Of a stretch of 64,000 nt of DNA, positions 9,541-18,879 are shown in pieces. The notes under the pieces were generated by a model. That model was not told where the DNA came from, searched no databases, and worked only from the letters and a program-made list of their open reading frames with translations. Both the position numbers and the translations under genes were made by a program. The first letter of the stretch is position 1. Each line of letters starts with the position of its first letter. Origin of the DNA: Candidatus Harrisonbacteria bacterium (GTDB taxonomy: Bacteria > Patescibacteriota > Minisyncoccia > UBA6257 > UBA11618); contig VGJO01000001.1 in the NCBI GenBank assembly GCA_016867415.1, positions 80,052 to 144,051 on the forward strand, given 5' to 3'.

Positions 9541-11061
9541 ATGCCACCCCTTATTGCTGCTCTCTTGGGCGCACTCTTTTCCGCCGCTCTTATTCTCGCC
9601 TTTCGCCGCCGCGAAGCGCTTCGATCTAAAGATCAGGAAGAGCTCGAATGGAAAAAGCTCCGTGATATCGCTGATCTTGAAGCCCAAAAAGTCATCCTTG
9701 AAGCCAAGGAAAAATCTTCCACTCTTTTTGAAAAGATAAAAAAAGAAGAATCCGATCGGCAGGAAAAACTCTCCGCCTTCGAATCTCGTCTCTTAGAAAA
9801 AGACAAAAGTCTTGATCGGCGCGATGAAGATCTCCGGGTCAAAGAATCCGTTCTAATTGATCGTGATAAAAAAAATGAGACTGAAAAAGAAGCGCTGAAA
9901 GAAAAAGAAAATGAAGTTATTGCCCGTTTAGAGTCAGTTGCTCAGCTTAGTAAAGTTGAGGCCAAGGACCTCCTCTTTGATCGTGTCCGCAAAGAAAACG
10001 CCGCAAGCCTGGCCGAGACTCTCTCTCGCCTTGAGCGAGAGCGTCGGGAAGAGATTGAGAAAAAAGCCGGCGAGATCATTACGACCGCCCTCGAGCGCTA
10101 TTCCCGCTCGCACATCACAGAGCTCTCCACCTGCGTCTTCACCCTAAAAAGCGAGGAGTTCAAAGGCAAGATTATTGGCCGTGAAGGGAGAAATGTGAAG
10201 ACTCTCGAGCGTCTGACCGGCGTTGATTTCATCTTTGATGAGAGTCCCGAGAGCATTACCATCTCTTCCTTCGATCCTATTCGCCGTGAGATCGCTCGCC
10301 TCGCTCTTGATAAGCTCATTCGCGATGGCCGCATCCAGCCCGCGAAGATTGAGGAAAAGGTTGAGGAAGCACGAGGTGAGCTCGAAAAGAGAATTATGGA
10401 GTTTGGTGAAGAAGCTGTCTACGAGCTCGGTATCGTTGATTTCCCCAAAGAGATTGTGAAGCTCTTAGGCCAGCTTCACTTCCGCACAAGCTACGGCCAA
10501 AATGTTTTGCATCACTCGGTAGAGATGGCGCACTTGGCCGGCATGATCGCCAAAGAAATTGGCGCCGATGTGATGATCGCCAAAAAAGGCGCGCTCGTCC
10601 ACGACATTGGTAAAGCCATCGATCATGAAGTAGAGGGGACACATATTGAGCTTGGTCGCAAAATTCTCGAAAAAGCTGGCGTTGATCGCCGGGTTATTCA
10701 GGCTATGGAAGCTCATCACAATGATTATCCACACGCCACCCCCGAAGCCTTTATTGTCACCGCCGTTGACGCTCTCTCTGGCGGCCGCCCTGGCGCGCGC
10801 CGCGACTCCTCAGAAATGTATCTGAAGCGCCTAGGAGATCTCGAGCGCATTGCCCTCTCCTTCCCAGGGGTCAAGACCGCATATGCTATCTCTGGAGGCC
10901 GGGAAGTTCGTATCTTTGTCACCCCTGAGCGTATTGATGACTTTGGTGCCCTTGAGCTTGCCAAAAACGTCGCCGACCGCATCCGCTCCGAAATGACCTT
11001 CCCCGGAGAAATCAAGGTGAATGTTATAAGAGAGCTTAGAGCAACTGAAATCGCCCGTTAG
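9541..11061 (+). CDS. rny: ribonuclease Y
   Basis: N-terminal TM helix (MPPLIAALLGALF), coiled-coil, KH domain (GKIIGREGRNVKTLE) and HD domain (LHHSVEMAHLAGMIA...HDIGKA). ATG 9541 preferred over the upstream TTG 9496. Confidence 0.88.
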   Translation: MPPLIAALLGALFSAALILAFRRREALRSKDQEELEWKKLRDIADLEAQKVILEAKEKSSTLFEKIKKEESDRQEKLSAFESRLLEKDKSLDRRDEDLRVKESVLIDRDKKNETEKEALKEKENEVIARLESVAQLSKVEAKDLLFDRVRKENAASLAETLSRLERERREEIEKKAGEIITTALERYSRSHITELSTCVFTLKSEEFKGKIIGREGRNVKTLERLTGVDFIFDESPESITISSFDPIRREIARLALDKLIRDGRIQPAKIEEKVEEARGELEKRIMEFGEEAVYELGIVDFPKEIVKLLGQLHFRTSYGQNVLHHSVEMAHLAGMIAKEIGADVMIAKKGALVHDIGKAIDHEVEGTHIELGRKILEKAGVDRRVIQAMEAHHNDYPHATPEAFIVTAVDALSGGRPGARRDSSEMYLKRLGDLERIALSFPGVKTAYAISGGREVRIFVTPERIDDFGALELAKNVADRIRSEMTFPGEIKVNVIRELRATEIAR

Positions 11062-11096
11062 TTTTAATCTTTATTGTAGAATAATTCTCTTAGGCA

Positions 11097-11227
11097 TTGC
11101 GCTCTCCACGCGAAGTAATCTTAGATAGAGTCTACGATTTATTTTTGAGGAAAGGCCTGGAGCATACTAAGAGCTGGGCATATGAGGACTTTCTGGAGAA
11201 AAAACGGGAAAATTCGCCAAAAAGAAA
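11097..11227 (+). repeat. copy of dispersed structured intergenic repeat
   Basis: cacgcgaagtaatcttag...tacgatttattttt-gagga...ggagcatactaag...ggagaaaaaacgggaaaattcgccaaaaag. Confidence 0.6.
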
Positions 11228-11232
11228 AGCTT

Positions 11233-11265
11233 TCTAGTAAATAAAAAATCCGAGAAAATTTCTCT
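11233..11265. terminator. bidirectional intrinsic terminator between rny and HU gene
   Basis: Stem tccgaga/tctcgga (7 bp, loop aaattt), flanked by an A-run upstream and a T-run downstream. Confidence 0.7.
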
Positions 11266-11286
11266 CGGATTTTTTATTTACTAGAT

Positions 11287-11559
11287 TTATTTAACTGCTT
11301 CTTTGAGAAGCTTACCGGCTCGGAACTTAGGCTTAATAGCGGCGGCGATTTTGATCTGCTCACCGGTGGCTGGGTTACGGCCCATACGCTCGGCTCGCTT
11401 ATATACCTTAAAGGTACCAAAGCCCGAGACAACGACGTCTTCACCCTTACCCATAGTCTTCACAATAGTGTCAAAGAGAGTGTCCACGGCCAAGGTGGAA
11501 TCTTTCTTACTCATGCCGGTCGCGTTCATCATCGCTTCCACTAATCCTGACTTTTTCAT
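11287..11559 (-). CDS. hup: DNA-binding protein HU
   Basis: 90 aa; GFGTFKV...R.ARMGRNP.TGE..I signature of HU/IHF. Confidence 0.85.
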   Translation of the reverse strand: MKKSGLVEAMMNATGMSKKDSTLAVDTLFDTIVKTMGKGEDVVVSGFGTFKVYKRAERMGRNPATGEQIKIAAAIKPKFRAGKLLKEAVK

Positions 11560-11941
11560 AATTTTATTTATTCGCGTTATGAAATTTAAAAAACTGCAAT
11601 TTCATAATCTGAAGTGTTTAGGTCTTCGACCTTTTCTTCTCATCAATTTTTTACAATCTCGCTGAAAAAAGCAAGTAAATACTAATCTTTGACTAAAAAG
11701 AAGCTTTCGTGGTATAAAAATACTAATTATTGAAAACCCAGATTTTCAGGGTGAGGGATAGATGAGTATAGTGATGATGATTCTTTCATTCTCCTTTTTT
11801 CTCTCTTTTTGATCTTCAAGTGCCGAGATATGGATTCCTAAAATAAAGAACGCATCCGTTGCACTTCCCCCCACTCCCAGCCTCCCACTGGGTTTTTTCT
11901 TTTCAAAATTAAAAAAATAGATTACATTTATGAGCTATAAA

Positions 11942-12012
11942 GCGGGCGTCGTATAGTGGTAGTACACGACCCTTCCAAGGTTGAGGTGGGAGTTCGATTC
12001 TCCTCGCCCGCT
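11942..12012 (+). tRNA. tRNA-Gly (anticodon UCC), CCA not encoded
   Basis: Manual fold: acceptor GCGGGCG/CGCCCGC, D stem GTAT/GTAC, anticodon stem CGACC/GGTTG with loop CTTCCAA, T stem GGGAG/CTCCT with TTCGATT loop, discriminator U. Confidence 0.85.
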
Positions 12013-12084
12013 CAAAGTTTTTCTTTCTCATTTATATTTTTTTAATCTTGTTATCTAGTAAAAAATTGACAGAAATAAGCCAGG

Positions 12085-12110
12085 GTAACATAAACATAAG
12101 TATATCGTTA
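12085..12110 (+). promoter_or_regulatory. putative ECF-sigma-type promoter (GTAAC-N16-CGTTA) upstream of the ECF sigma gene
   Basis: AAC and CGT elements separated by exactly 16 nt. Lies 8 nt upstream of the sigma factor ATG, the usual arrangement for autoregulated ECF sigma genes. Confidence 0.4.
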
Positions 12111-12117
12111 TAAATTA

Positions 12118-12654
12118 ATGGAAGATCTTGACAAAGAGCTAGTCCGTCGGGCAAGACTTGGAGATAAAGACGCTTTTGCAGCTATTTACGAGCATAATCT
12201 GCCTCGTATTTACCGTTTTATCTATTTCAAGACTGCTAATCGCGCAACCGCCGAAGAAATCACCCAGGAGGTATTTTTGGCCGCTTTGCGAGCCATTCCG
12301 CGGTATCATGATGAGGGTTTTCTGGTTTCTAGCTGGCTTTATGAGATCGCTCGCAATAAAGTCATTGATTTCTACCGGTCTAAAAAGAGCGATATCTCAA
12401 TCGACGAAGAGCTTGAGGAGCGTCCCGAGCTTACCTCCACTGATTTTGTAAAAACCATGGAGACAAAGATTGAAGCCGACAAACTAAAAAACCTTTTAAA
12501 AAAACTTCCCGAAGATTATCAAAACATCATCCTTCTTCGTTTTGTAGAAGATCTCTCAAATGAAGAAGTAGCTCATTCATTAGGTAAGAGTCTGGGTGCC
12601 GTCCGCGTCCTTCAGCACCGCGCCTTAAAAGCTCTCCGTAAATTAGTCGAGTAA
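12118..12654 (+). CDS. RNA polymerase sigma factor, ECF (sigma-70 family regions 2 and 4)
   Basis: Region 2 (VFLAALRAIPRY...WLYEIARNKVIDFYR) and region 4 HTH (EEVAHSLGKSLGAVRVLQHRALKALR). Confidence 0.85.
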   Translation: MEDLDKELVRRARLGDKDAFAAIYEHNLPRIYRFIYFKTANRATAEEITQEVFLAALRAIPRYHDEGFLVSSWLYEIARNKVIDFYRSKKSDISIDEELEERPELTSTDFVKTMETKIEADKLKNLLKKLPEDYQNIILLRFVEDLSNEEVAHSLGKSLGAVRVLQHRALKALRKLVE

Positions 12655-12670
12655 ATAAAATATTTTACAT

Positions 12671-13027
12671 ATGACCAAAGAACGAATCCATAATTTATTT
12701 GATAAAGCCAAAGAGATTAAGCCTTCTGAAGGCTTCCTTTCTCGTACTCGCGCTCGCCTTTATGAAGAGCCACTTGATCATCCGCGTTCCCAATTTTTCT
12801 TTGAATCCCTCCACTTTGGCGCCACCCAAGCTGGTATCTACGCCACCGCCGCCTGCGCCGCCGCTTTTATTATTTACATGAGCAGCAGCATCTCCGTGAA
12901 TGAAAAGCAAAGCGTTGCTATGAAGCGCACCGAGCAGATAGAAGACTACAAGATAGATGTCACTCTAAAAGATGCTAGATACTACAAAGAAGTCGCCCCA
13001 AATGTTTTTGTTGTGGTTTCTAAGTAA
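12671..13027 (+). CDS. putative anti-sigma factor (small single-TM protein downstream of ECF sigma)
   Basis: 118 aa with one TM helix (GIYATAACAAAFIIYM), 17 nt after the sigma gene stop. Assignment by context only. Confidence 0.4.
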   Translation: MTKERIHNLFDKAKEIKPSEGFLSRTRARLYEEPLDHPRSQFFFESLHFGATQAGIYATAACAAAFIIYMSSSISVNEKQSVAMKRTEQIEDYKIDVTLKDARYYKEVAPNVFVVVSK

Positions 13028-13050
13028 TTTAGATAAGAATTTTAAAATAG

Positions 13051-13082
13051 AAAAAGCAAGGAGTATTTGCCCTTGCTTTTTC
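13051..13082 (+). terminator. intrinsic terminator
   Basis: Stem agcaagg/ccttgct, 9-nt loop, followed by TTTTT. Confidence 0.6.
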
Positions 13083-13113
13083 TATCTATTTTATCCAGAA
13101 TATCCGGTACATA

Positions 13114-13704
13114 ATGAATTCCCGGATTATCTTTGGTGTTCTTATAGCTCTAGTATTAGCGGCTTTGGCCGGTAATTTTTATCTCCGGCCAATCGTTGAA
13201 GGGAAAAATCTCCCTCCAGAATTCCAGCAAGCTCGCGAAGATGGCTCGCTCGTCAGTAAAAAAATTGTTTTTCTTTCTAATCAGGCTCTTGCCGGACTCG
13301 AGCAGATTGGTCACTTCGACGAAAAGAAGCAATATACCAAAGCCCTCGAGCTCGTGAGACTTGAATTAAAGCGCAATGAAGATGCTCGTAAGGAAGCTCT
13401 TCTTCTTTCTAGCCACTTAAATACGATGTCTATTTATCTCGAACAGATTAGCCCGAGCCGCGCCCGCTCCCTTGCTATTGAAGCCATCGGTTCCGAAGTC
13501 TCTCTCGTTAATCACCTCATCACCTACCATGGCCTGCTTTCAGATCTCTTTCAGACTCTCGAAGAAAAGTTTGAAGGGAAGACCATCGACGCCGCTCGGG
13601 TCAAAAGTCTCCTTGAGGCCGTAAATAGTGAAATCCGCGTTATCAACGATCTTAATCAACGCGCCATAAGGACCCTTGAATCCTTCGACTCTTTCTATAA
13701 GTGA
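13114..13704 (+). CDS. hypothetical membrane-anchored protein
   Basis: N-terminal TM helix, then a helical soluble domain. No known motif. Confidence 0.5.
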   Translation: MNSRIIFGVLIALVLAALAGNFYLRPIVEGKNLPPEFQQAREDGSLVSKKIVFLSNQALAGLEQIGHFDEKKQYTKALELVRLELKRNEDARKEALLLSSHLNTMSIYLEQISPSRARSLAIEAIGSEVSLVNHLITYHGLLSDLFQTLEEKFEGKTIDAARVKSLLEAVNSEIRVINDLNQRAIRTLESFDSFYK

Positions 13705-13991
13705 CTGCCATAGGCCACGTGGAAAAGGATATATGTATTTTTTTATTTATGTGGTCATCTCGACCTTGCCTCGCTTCGCTGTAGCTTACTAGCGAAAGTG
13801 GGATTTAGGATCCAGACTTCCCCCTAATAGAGGCACACCAAATTGATCTCCCTTTTCTTTCTATGTTCTCTAATTTCTTCTTTCTTGTTTTTCTTTTTAT
13901 AGAGTTTTCCCCATGTACCCCTTGTGTTAGTCGGGGAGCGGTATACAATAATAAATAATACATAAATCTTTTCTCAAAGACTATCATTTAT

Positions 13992-14345
13992 ATGAAAAAA
14001 ACACCTTTATTAAATCAAGCTGGAGGTAACACTATCTTCTGGGTAGTCTTTGGCGTCCTCGTCATTGGTCTCGTCCTCATCTCATCCTCAAAACCATTAA
14101 TTAATCCTCAAGCAGAGGGATTTCCTGTTTCCACAGATCTAGAAAATTTTGTTTCACTTAATCCAGAAGATTGCCCAGAGGAACCTCTATTAGAAGCCAC
14201 TCCTGATCCTGCTGGTTCTGCTGGTTCTGCTGGTCCTGCTGCTGGTTCTGCTGCTGGTTCTGCTGGTTCTGCTGCTGGTTCTGCTGGTCCTGCTGCTGGT
14301 CCTGCTGCTGGTCCTGCTGAGATGGAGCTCCTCCGCCTCCCCTAA
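13992..14345 (+). CDS. small membrane-anchored protein with (A)GSAG(P) tandem repeat tail
   Basis: ATG with TM segment. C-terminal region encoded by gctggttct/gctggtcct tandem repeats. Confidence 0.5.
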   Translation: MKKTPLLNQAGGNTIFWVVFGVLVIGLVLISSSKPLINPQAEGFPVSTDLENFVSLNPEDCPEEPLLEATPDPAGSAGSAGPAAGSAAGSAGSAAGSAGPAAGPAAGPAEMELLRLP

Positions 14346-14350
14346 TAAAC

Positions 14351-14378
14351 AAAAAAAACCGGTCTCCACCGGTTTTTT
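14351..14378. terminator. intrinsic terminator (usable on both strands)
   Basis: Stem aaccgg/ccggtt, loop tctcca, A8 upstream and T6 downstream. Confidence 0.65.
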
Positions 14379-14399
14379 AATAAAAGTTTTTTGAAAGGC

Positions 14400-14642
14400 T
14401 TAATCATTCAGGGGAAAATCACCTCCAATCCCGTCTCCATGATGAGAGTGAAAAATTCCGGAGGGATCTGAAAAGCCCCTCACTTTTTTCTGTTTGATCA
14501 GCATCACTAGCCGCGCTTTCTCTGCAAACGATCGAAAAGCACCCCCTCTGTCCGCCGTATCAAAATCAAATTCCCGTTCCGCGCTTACAATCGACCTATA
14601 TGGTCGCCGAGCCATATTCTGCAATCCAATAAATATCTTCAC
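14400..14642 (-). CDS. hypothetical protein
   Basis: 80-aa ORF between a terminator and a repeat. No motif. Confidence 0.3.
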   Translation of the reverse strand: MKIFIGLQNMARRPYRSIVSAEREFDFDTADRGGAFRSFAEKARLVMLIKQKKVRGFSDPSGIFHSHHGDGIGGDFPLND

Positions 14643-14702
14643 TGTTAAGCTTTTTTAAAGAACATGTTTATAGTTAATCGGAGAATAAACATTGAGTAAC
14701 TA

Positions 14703-14837
14703 GTAAATTTCTGAGGATTTTTTTCCGAAGGGTTAGGCGTCTTTGAGCATTACGACCAAGATGTACAAAGGAGTACTTTGCGGGAGAAAACAGAAAAGGC
14801 AACAACGCCATTCGAAAAAAAAGACCAAAAAGATTAG
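14703..14837 (+). repeat. tRNA-adjacent variant of the dispersed structured repeat family
   Basis: Near-collinear with 4455-4586 (tgaggattttt...aaggagtact..gcgggagaaaa...aaaagaccaaaaag), immediately abutting the tRNA-Arg 3' end. Confidence 0.55.
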
Positions 14838-14909
14838 TGCCCCCTATAGGAATCGAACCTATATCAACAGCTTAGAAGGCTGCTGCTCTATCCATTGAGC
14901 TAAGGGGAC
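14838..14909 (-). tRNA. tRNA-Arg (anticodon UCU), CCA not encoded
   Basis: Manual fold: acceptor GTCCCCT/AGGGGGC, D stem GCTC/GAGC, anticodon stem GCAGC/GCTGT with loop CTTCTAA, T stem ATAGG/CCTAT with TTCGATT. Confidence 0.85.
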
Positions 14910-14922
14910 TCTCTACTATCAG

Positions 14923-14993
14923 TCGGGCTGCCGAGATTTGAACTCGGACTAAATCCTCCCAAAGGACTCGTGCTGCCGTTACACTACAGCCCG
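14923..14993 (-). tRNA. tRNA-Pro (anticodon UGG), CCA not encoded
   Basis: Manual fold: acceptor CGGGCTG/CAGCCCG, D stem GTGT/GCAC, anticodon stem AGTCC/GGATT with loop TTTGGGA, T stem CCGAG/CTCGG with TTCAAAT. Confidence 0.85.
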
Positions 14994-15159
14994 GATGCAA
15001 ATCTTGCTCTCTTATCTTTGCACTAAAGATAAGAACTAGAATAACCCGAAATATGATAAAAATCAAAGAAAAAACATCTAAAATACTTTGCATTGTAAAA
15101 TGTATAATGCAAAGTATTTATCCCCACCTATATTTTTTTATTTTATACTAAAGGAGAAA

Positions 15160-15597
15160 ATGCGCGCTACTTTCTCTTTTTTCTTTATCCTTCTCTTCCC
15201 TATTTTTTTATTTAGCGTAAGAGCGCTGGGAAGCGCTTCATCTCCATCTCTCAAGACAGAAAAATCCCCCTCTGCTCCTATCCCCCTCTTCTCATCTATA
15301 AGTGACTATCCACAAGGCTTTGCAAGCGTTATCGAAAAGGAGGGGAGTATGATCTACACGATTTTTGCCCCTCTTGCCCCTCTTGATAATTCTTTCGTCT
15401 ACCGCGCTTGGCTCAAGCAGGCTTACGGAGGAGAAGTTTTCCCTTTAGGAGATCTTGCCTCCTCAATTGATGGTTTTTTCCTTGATGTCTCCCTCCGTCG
15501 CGACACCCAAACCTTCAAAAAAATAATCATCTCCAAAGACCCTGTCGCCCACCCCGGTGAATCCTCCAAAAATATCTTCCTTCAAGGCACTCTCTGA
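15160..15597 (+). CDS. hypothetical secreted protein
   Basis: AAGGAG 6 nt before ATG 15160. Signal-peptide-like N-terminus MRATFSFFFILLFPIFLFSVRALG. Extended -10 (TGTATAAT) at about 15102-15109. Confidence 0.55.
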   Translation: MRATFSFFFILLFPIFLFSVRALGSASSPSLKTEKSPSAPIPLFSSISDYPQGFASVIEKEGSMIYTIFAPLAPLDNSFVYRAWLKQAYGGEVFPLGDLASSIDGFFLDVSLRRDTQTFKKIIISKDPVAHPGESSKNIFLQGTL

Positions 15598-15701
15598 AAA
15601 TATCTTTCCGCCCGAAAAAAAAATAAGGTACAATAAAACCACACCTGTTTTTTATTTTTACAAAAAGAAATTAAAAAATAATAGAAGTAAATAATTCATA
15701 A

Positions 15702-15795
15702 AAGCGAAGTTATTTTGAGCTTAGTCCTTATCTAGATTCAGCATTTCGATAGCGCAGAAAAAATGAAGAAAATTCACCAAAATACAAACCCATAA
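15702..15795 (+). repeat. short/divergent copy of dispersed structured repeat
   Basis: aaagcgaagttattttgagcttagt...gcgcagaaaaaatgaagaaaattcaccaaaa. Same 5' end as the 7036 copy. Confidence 0.45.
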
Positions 15796-15811
15796 TTTTC
15801 AGAAAATATAT

Positions 15812-16351
15812 ATGCGTGAGTTTATATTTAGTCTCTGGGAGGTAGTCGAGGTGATCATCATCGCCCTCGCGATGGTTTTTGTCATGCGCTCTTTTATCGT
15901 CCAGCCCTTTTTAGTCTCCGGTTCTTCCATGCTCCATACTTTTCTTGATGGCGACTATGTCTTAGTGGATGAGCTCACTTATCGCTTTAAAGAGCCCGAG
16001 CGAGGAGATATTATTGTCTTCCGCTTTCCTCTCTCTCCTAATATTTATTATATTAAGCGCATAATCGGAGTTCGCGGTGATCGAGTCGTCGTCTCTAGTG
16101 GCGAAGTGAAGATAAATGACAAGAAAATAAAAGAAGATTACCTTGATAAGGGCATGTACACTAACGGCAAGTCTGATGCCTTTGTTGGTGATGATCAGAT
16201 CTTCGTTATGGGGGATAATCGCACTGGCAGCTCCGATAGTCGGATTTGGGGCTTAGTCCCATATGAAAATATTATTGGTGTCGTCCGTCTTCGCCTCCTC
16301 CCTTTAAATAATGCTGGAATCTTTGACCGACCTACCTACAACCTCGAATAA
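15812..16351 (+). CDS. lepB: signal peptidase I
   Basis: SGSSM catalytic Ser motif, YIKRIIGVRGD box, GDNRTGSSDSRIWG box. Confidence 0.85.
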   Translation: MREFIFSLWEVVEVIIIALAMVFVMRSFIVQPFLVSGSSMLHTFLDGDYVLVDELTYRFKEPERGDIIVFRFPLSPNIYYIKRIIGVRGDRVVVSSGEVKINDKKIKEDYLDKGMYTNGKSDAFVGDDQIFVMGDNRTGSSDSRIWGLVPYENIIGVVRLRLLPLNNAGIFDRPTYNLE

Positions 16352-16360
16352 TAAATAATA

Positions 16361-16389
16361 AAAATCCCCGAAATTTTTCGGGGATTTTT
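16361..16389. terminator. bidirectional intrinsic terminator between lepB and ftsK
   Basis: Stem tccccgaaa/tttcgggga with a 2-nt loop, A-run and T-run flanks. Confidence 0.75.
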
Positions 16390-16424
16390 ATTAAAAAATT
16401 AAGAAATCTTCCAAAAGTACAAGC

Positions 16425-18686
16425 TTATTCCTCATCAGTAGAGTCGTTACCTCCAACTTCAGCAAGCTTAGCAGTAATATCTAGCTTGAGGTATATTGGC
16501 GAATCATAATAAATCTCTCTTGGCTTTGCTCCTTCTCCTGGCCCAATCGCCCCCTTCTCTTCCATGATGTCGAGTAGTCGCGCCGCTCGGGCATAGCCTA
16601 CCTTCAATCGTCGCTGCAAGAGCGACGCTGACGCTTTCTTTGATTCGTAGACCACCGCGAGCGCCTGATCAAGCATCTCATCGTCATCGCCGCTTCCTTC
16701 ACTCCCACCGCCGTAATCATCAAAGTTTACATCTCTCCCTGTAGGCGCCCCAATTGCTTCCCCACCCATCGCATTCATCTGCTCCTTTGCCCCAGTGATA
16801 CTCACCTGCGTTTCTGGCGCTGCCTGATTATGCTCTCTGATAAATTCAGCCACCTCCCGGATTTCATCTTCAGAAATATACGCCCCCTGGATTCTTCGTG
16901 GCTTTGGAGAAGTTGAAGATACAAAAAGCATGTCCCCACCGCCCAAAAGCTTTTCCGCTCCAGCACTATCGAGAATGGTTCGTGAGTCAATTTGGGAAGC
17001 GGTCTGTAAAGCGATTCTGGTCGTAATATTAGCTTTAATAAGTCCGGTGATGACCTCTACCGACGGCCGTTGGGTGGCGAGCACGAGGTGAATGCCCGTC
17101 GCCCGCGCCATCTGTGCTAGCCGCACGATTGCCGCTTCGATCTCCCGTCCTGAAGTGGCCATTAAGTCTGCCAGTTCATCCACTATGAGTACTATGTATG
17201 GCAGTTTCTCCTCAGCTGATTTGTTGTAACTTCCAATATCTCTCGTACCCGCCCTCATAAGTGTCTCATAGCGCCGATCCATCTCCGCTACCGCCCAGCG
17301 AAACACATTCATTGATTTTTTATTGTCGGTCACGACTGGCGCGGCAAGGTGGGGGATACCATTATACACCGAGAGCTCTACTTTTTTCGGGTCAATCATG
17401 ATGAGTCGTAAAGTCTCCGGCGAATTTTTATAGAGTAGCGATATGATAAACGAGTGCACCAAAATAGACTTTCCCGAACCCGTCGATCCAGAGATGAGAC
17501 AATGAGGCATCTTCTCGATGTTTGCCTCAATTGGCTCGCCGTTCACATCTCGTCCGATAAGAAGTGCAAGAGGCCCAAGTTTCATAAAGTTCGGATAGGA
17601 GATGAGCGACCCGAGCCGCACTATCGCCGCTGTTTTGTTTGGCACCTCGATCCCGACGAGCGATTTCCCCGGAATCGGCGCCTCGATACGGATTGGGTGT
17701 GCTGCGAGCGCGAGTGATAGATCACTATTCAAGGCCGTGATCCTCGTGAGGCGCACACCTTCCGCCGGCTTCAAAGTATAGCGGGTCACCTTCGGTCCGA
17801 TATTGATCTCACCCATCTCTACATTGATTCCAAAGCTCTCGAGCGTCCGCTTGATGATATTTGCATTGGCCTTCAAGTCTCCCGCCGTAGGTTTTTCAAT
17901 CGTTGCTTTGAGTAAGTTAAGCGGTGGGGGAGTGTAGTTATGAAGGAGAGCTACTGGCGCCACATTTGGCCCATCAATAGGCACGGCTTCCATCTTATCC
18001 TTGGCAATTTTCACCTCAACCTCTTTTTTCTCCTCGGGTTTTTTAACTTCTTCTTTCTTTTCTTTTTCTTGTACCCCTGAAGAAAGTTCTTCTGCTTCAT
18101 CTGGTAATCCAGTCACCACTGGCTCTTCTTCAATAGTTGCCGCTTTCTTTCCTGGTAATTGTATTTTAAGAGGTATATTAAGGGTCATAAGAGCTGATGA
18201 GACAAGGACTACCGACCCCACCACCATCGCCGCCACATTCCCAAATGGCACCTCAATCATACCAAGTGCCTGCCCTAATAGCCCCGCCTTATCTGGAAAA
18301 GCCACGTCAATCATTGAGAGTAATGCCCCGGTAAATACCACTGCTCCTGCAAGCGATGGCCCCAAGACCACCATCTCTGCGGCGGTGAGAAACAAGCCCG
18401 AGACTACGAGCGCTACCAAAGGCAAAACATAATATCCCCAGCCCAATCCTTTATAAAGAAAAGAAAAAAGCGTCTCGCCCGCCGGCCCTGCCTGGTGAAA
18501 CATTGCAAGGAGTAAAATGATGGCTAAGCCAATAAGTACTATTCCTGATATGCTCTTTTTTACGTGAGCTGAAACCCAGGGCATCTCTTCTTTGCCTTCA
18601 TCATCCTCTTCTTCTCGCGCCTTTTTCTTCTTTTTTATCTCCTTTACCGCTTTTTTACTGGTTTCTTTTTGTTTTGTCCTGGGCAT
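16425..18686 (-). CDS. ftsK: DNA translocase FtsK/SpoIIIE
   Basis: N-terminal TM region, Pro/Glu-rich linker, Walker A GSTGSGKS and the FtsK motor domain. Confidence 0.88.
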   Translation of the reverse strand: MPRTKQKETSKKAVKEIKKKKKAREEEDDEGKEEMPWVSAHVKKSISGIVLIGLAIILLLAMFHQAGPAGETLFSFLYKGLGWGYYVLPLVALVVSGLFLTAAEMVVLGPSLAGAVVFTGALLSMIDVAFPDKAGLLGQALGMIEVPFGNVAAMVVGSVVLVSSALMTLNIPLKIQLPGKKAATIEEEPVVTGLPDEAEELSSGVQEKEKKEEVKKPEEKKEVEVKIAKDKMEAVPIDGPNVAPVALLHNYTPPPLNLLKATIEKPTAGDLKANANIIKRTLESFGINVEMGEINIGPKVTRYTLKPAEGVRLTRITALNSDLSLALAAHPIRIEAPIPGKSLVGIEVPNKTAAIVRLGSLISYPNFMKLGPLALLIGRDVNGEPIEANIEKMPHCLISGSTGSGKSILVHSFIISLLYKNSPETLRLIMIDPKKVELSVYNGIPHLAAPVVTDNKKSMNVFRWAVAEMDRRYETLMRAGTRDIGSYNKSAEEKLPYIVLIVDELADLMATSGREIEAAIVRLAQMARATGIHLVLATQRPSVEVITGLIKANITTRIALQTASQIDSRTILDSAGAEKLLGGGDMLFVSSTSPKPRRIQGAYISEDEIREVAEFIREHNQAAPETQVSITGAKEQMNAMGGEAIGAPTGRDVNFDDYGGGSEGSGDDDEMLDQALAVVYESKKASASLLQRRLKVGYARAARLLDIMEEKGAIGPGEGAKPREIYYDSPIYLKLDITAKLAEVGGNDSTDEE

Positions 18687-18879
18687 AATAGCTCTATATG
18701 ATAAAAAATTTTACCATATATAAAAAGATCTGTAATAGAAGCCTAGGTTCCTTGTGTTTTAAAAAAGGAGAAAACAGGGTATATTATCCAAAGATCCATA
18801 AAAGCGCTATATAGCACTTCGCACCTTGATTCCCGCCTATCTTCATGTGATAGGCTATCACTTTTTCTGGAGGACTATC

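Noticed and set aside
14158-14352. Gln-rich 64-aa minus-strand ORF
   Set aside because: It is the mirror reading of the GSAG tandem repeat inside the 13992-14345 gene.
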